Assembly: GCF_009914755.1 (NCBI RefSeq) | Contig: NC_060935.1 | DNA from: the human T2T-CHM13v2.0 reference genome, Homo sapiens | Length of the DNA: 64,000 nucleotides | Strand: one strand, 5' to 3' | Shown: one piece after another, positions 60,905 through 64,000 of the stretch | Layout of the letters: each line of letters starts with the position of its first letter | Numbering within the stretch: the stretch's first letter is position 1 | Notes under the pieces: model-generated | The model's database searches: none | The model's input: the letters and a program-made list of their open reading frames with translations, nothing else | What the model was told of the DNA's origin: nothing | Program-made: the position numbers and the translations under genes

Positions 60905-61470
60905 GATCCTTCTCAGCCAGGGGTGATTTTGACCTATGGGGGACTGATATGGTTTGGCTCTGTGTCCCTACCCAAATCTCATCTAGAATTGTAATCCCCA
61001 TGTTTACAGGGAGGGAGGCGATTGGATCACGGGGATGGCTTCCCCCATGCTCTTCTCATGATAGGGAATTCTCACGAGATCTGATGGTTTTAAAACCTGC
61101 GCTCTTCTGCGCTCTCACTTCTCCCTCCTGCCGCCTTGTGAAGAAGGTGCCTGCTTCACCTTCCACCATGATTGTAAGTTTCCTGAGGCCTCCTCAGACA
61201 TGCAGAACTGTGAGTCAATTAAACCTCTTTCCTTTTATAAAGTACCCAGTCTCAGGAAGTTCCTTATAGCAGTGTGAAAACGGACTAATACAGGGACCCT
61301 TGCCAATGTCTAGAGACATTTTCAATTGCCATGACTTGGGAAAGGGGAGCGCTACTGGCATCTATCAGGTAGAGTAAGGGAGGCTGCTAAATATCCTACA
61401 ATGCACAGAAAAGTCCCCCACAACAGATATTATTTGGCCCAAAATGTCAGTGTTCTCAAGGTGGAGAACT
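60905..61470 (+). mobile_element. MER20 (hAT) split by a THE1 LTR
   Basis: ttctcagccaggggtgatttt...gcaatgtctagagacatttt...gctactggcatct...gctgctaaatatcctacaatgcacag...ggcccaaaatgtca. Confidence 0.75.
60945..61292 (+). mobile_element. THE1-type solo LTR
   Basis: TG...CA termini (tgatatggtttggctctgtgtccc...gactaataca); 5-bp TSD gggac. Confidence 0.88.
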
Positions 61471-61614
61471 GATAGAGAGTACAGATGGTGGTTCATATTT
61501 TAAGTCCACAAGTTACAGGATATCAAGATGGAATTGGGATTGAACCAAAGAAGGTTGAATAATACCCAGAAATGGGTGTGATGACTGAGCTACTATGTTC
61601 TCTTTTAAGGAGTG

Positions 61615-62006
61615 TGATATGGCTTGGATCTGTGTCCCCACCGAATCTCATGTCGGAGGTGGGGCCTGGTGGAGGTGACTGGACCAGGTGGGTGAAGTTC
61701 TCATGCATGGGTTAGCGCCGTCCCCTCCATGTTGTTCTCTTGTGATAGTAAGTGAGTGAGATCTGGTTGTTTAAAAGTGTGTAGCGCCTCTCCCTGCTCT
61801 CTCTTCCTCCTGCTCCAGTCCTGTGAAGAAGCCTGATCCCACTTTGCCTTCCACCATGATTGTAAGTTCCCTGAGGCCTCCCCAGAAGCAGATGCTGCCA
61901 TACTTCCTGTACAGCCTTCGGAAGCATGAGCCGATTAAACCTATTTTCTTATCATTTACCCAGTCTCAGTTATTCCTTTATAGCAGTACAAGAACAGACT
62001 AATACA
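61615..62006 (+). mobile_element. MST-type solo LTR
   Basis: tgatatggcttggatctgtgtcccc...gactaataca; 5-bp TSD gagtg. Confidence 0.85.
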
Positions 62007-62141
62007 GAGTGACTTAGTACTTTTATCTTTGTATGAGAAAGAGAGAGTTTTTGTGTTGGGGCCGGATGGTGGTTGATGTCATTGTTTGGATGTTTGAGGA
62101 TGAGGGCACAAATGAATGTTGAGTGTCTGAAAGGGTGGGAT

Positions 62142-62708
62142 TCGGCAGGCGTGGTAAATTGGTTAACTCACGATCTCTCCCAATCTCTTTCCAGTGTGCT
62201 TTCCTGTTCTTCAGATTCTACAAAGAGAAACACTCTGTTTCCCAGACTTGCTTACAGCAAGGGACTTAGATCCCGCCAGCCAGAGGCACTCCCGTGAGAT
62301 GGGCAGCTGTGCAGGAGGCATCTGTCCTGCCGTGCAATGCTCAGGCACAACCAGTTTTGGAGCCAACAGTCCTGACATTGACTTTCTATCCCTCAGACGC
62401 CAGCCAAGGCAGTGCGTTCCTGGAATCAACGCTCTCAATAGCAGCTTCCCAATCCTTGGCCAAAGTGATGTCACTCAGAGCCAGCGGTTAGGACAGAGGA
62501 TTCTCCAGCCTCAGATTGCGGCAGAGTTCACAGTACCCTGGGGTGGGCTGATTCTGCAGGGTTGTTTTTTATGTCATTTCTGAAGGTCCAATTAATAGCC
62601 CATTTCTCCAGCTCTTCCAATTATTTTATAAACACTAAAACCCTATATAGAATCCCTTAATGCTTAAAATGGTAAGAGTGGTTTCTGCAATAGAACCCTG
62701 ATCGATAC
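62142..62708 (+). mobile_element. ERVL LTR (LTR33-like), preceded by a purine tract and probable internal fragments (about 59830-62140)
   Basis: tttcccagacttgcttacagcaaggg...gcttaaaatggtaagagtggtttctg...gaaccctgatcgataca; PPT-like gaaagggtggga immediately upstream. Confidence 0.55.
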
Positions 62709-63112
62709 AGCAATAAATAGTATCCACAATGACTTATCAATAAGGAAAAGGAAAAAGAGAGAGAAAATTAAGTAAAAGACATGAATATTCCAGAGGGAAA
62801 AAATAAGAATGTTCTATAAACTTGAAAAGATGTTCAACCCCATCAGTATTAAGGGCAACCACAACGAGATACATTTTCACATCCACCAGATCAACAGTTT
62901 TGATGATGCCCCTAAGTAGTCCTGAAGCAGTGCCTCCCAACCTCTCTCACCTAATGGTGCACAGAGAAAGCCATAGAATGTTATCAGCACAGGCTGGGCA
63001 CTGTGGCTCACACCTGTAATCCTGGCACTTTGGGAGGCCGAGGTGGGGGGATCACTTGAGGTCAGGAGTTTGAGACCAGCCTGGCCAACATGGTGAAACC
63101 CCATCTCTACTA

Positions 63113-63265
<153 letters not shown>

Positions 63266-64000
63266 TCATCTGAAAAAAAAAAAAAGAAAAAAGAAAATAC
63301 AAGCCAGTAAGAACAAGCTATCAACAGCCTCCAAAGACTTACATAAGATCAGTATTTCTGCAAGAAAATCAAGAAAGCAATAGACCCAAGAAGATTCATT
63401 GAAAAACAACGCCAACCCGTTAAGAACAGCAAGCAAAGAGGAGGCATTTTTCTCACTAAATAGTAGATACGTACAAGGGTTCCACCACAGCAGGAAGATT
63501 ACATCGTAAGACAACAACATTCAAACACGAAACACAGTATATATAAAATTAGAGATATTGCTGGGTGCAGTGGCTCATGCCTATAATCACAGCACTTTGG
63601 GAGGCCCAGGCAGGCGGATAACCTGAGATCGGGAGTTTGAGACCAGCCTGGCCAACATGGTGAAACCCCGTTCCTACTAAAAAATACAAAAATTAGCTGC
63701 ACCTGCAATCCCAGCTACTTGGGAGGCTGACCCAGGAGAGCTGCTTTAATCCAGGAGGTGGAGGTTGCAGTGAGTGAGCCGAGATTGTATCACTGCACTC
63801 CAGCCTGGGCAACAAGAGCAAAACTCCATCTCAAAATAAAATAAAATAAAATTAGAGATATTGATAATTGGGGAGGAGGGGGAGAGACTGGAGCATCTAG
63901 CTCCTATGAACACCCAAAACGCTGGAAGATAGGGAGACCCCCTGACCCTCTCCTGACTGTGGGCTGCTTGGTTTGTTAACGGTGGAGTAGCTTAGGATGG

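Overview
Human (primate) genomic DNA, recognisable as 11q13.2. Genes: (1) coding exon 1 of B4GAT1 (- strand, 1208-153, 352 codons; the rest lies off the left edge) in a CpG island, with a divergent intact tRNA-Ser(GCT) gene at 1776-1857; (2) the complete SLC29A2/ENT2 gene (- strand). I reconstructed 12 GT-AG coding exons from 25255 to 17096, which sum to 1371 nt (456 aa + stop). The rest is repeat-dense: many dozens of Alus, old L1M fragments, Tigger1, MaLR/ERVL LTRs, MER20, MIR/L2, an L1PA 3' end carrying an apparent 3' transduction, a processed BRD9 pseudogene, a U1 snRNA retrocopy, and a full-length SVA (probably SVA_E). Almost all ORFs in the supplied track are Alu, SVA or GC-shadow artefacts. 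I find no convincing wholly new biological system. The best leads are: a stop-free, in-frame SLC29A2 exon 3-10 circRNA candidate flanked by inverted Alus; exon-internal alternative acceptors that give a long alternative frame ending on an exonic AATAAA; an inverted ZNF143-motif pair/hairpin in SLC29A2 intron 1; two CTCF-like motifs; an L1 3' transduction; reuse of one target site by an Alu and then the SVA; and a 4x tandem Alu 5'-end array. Repeat subfamily names and literature links are from memory and were not checked against databases.
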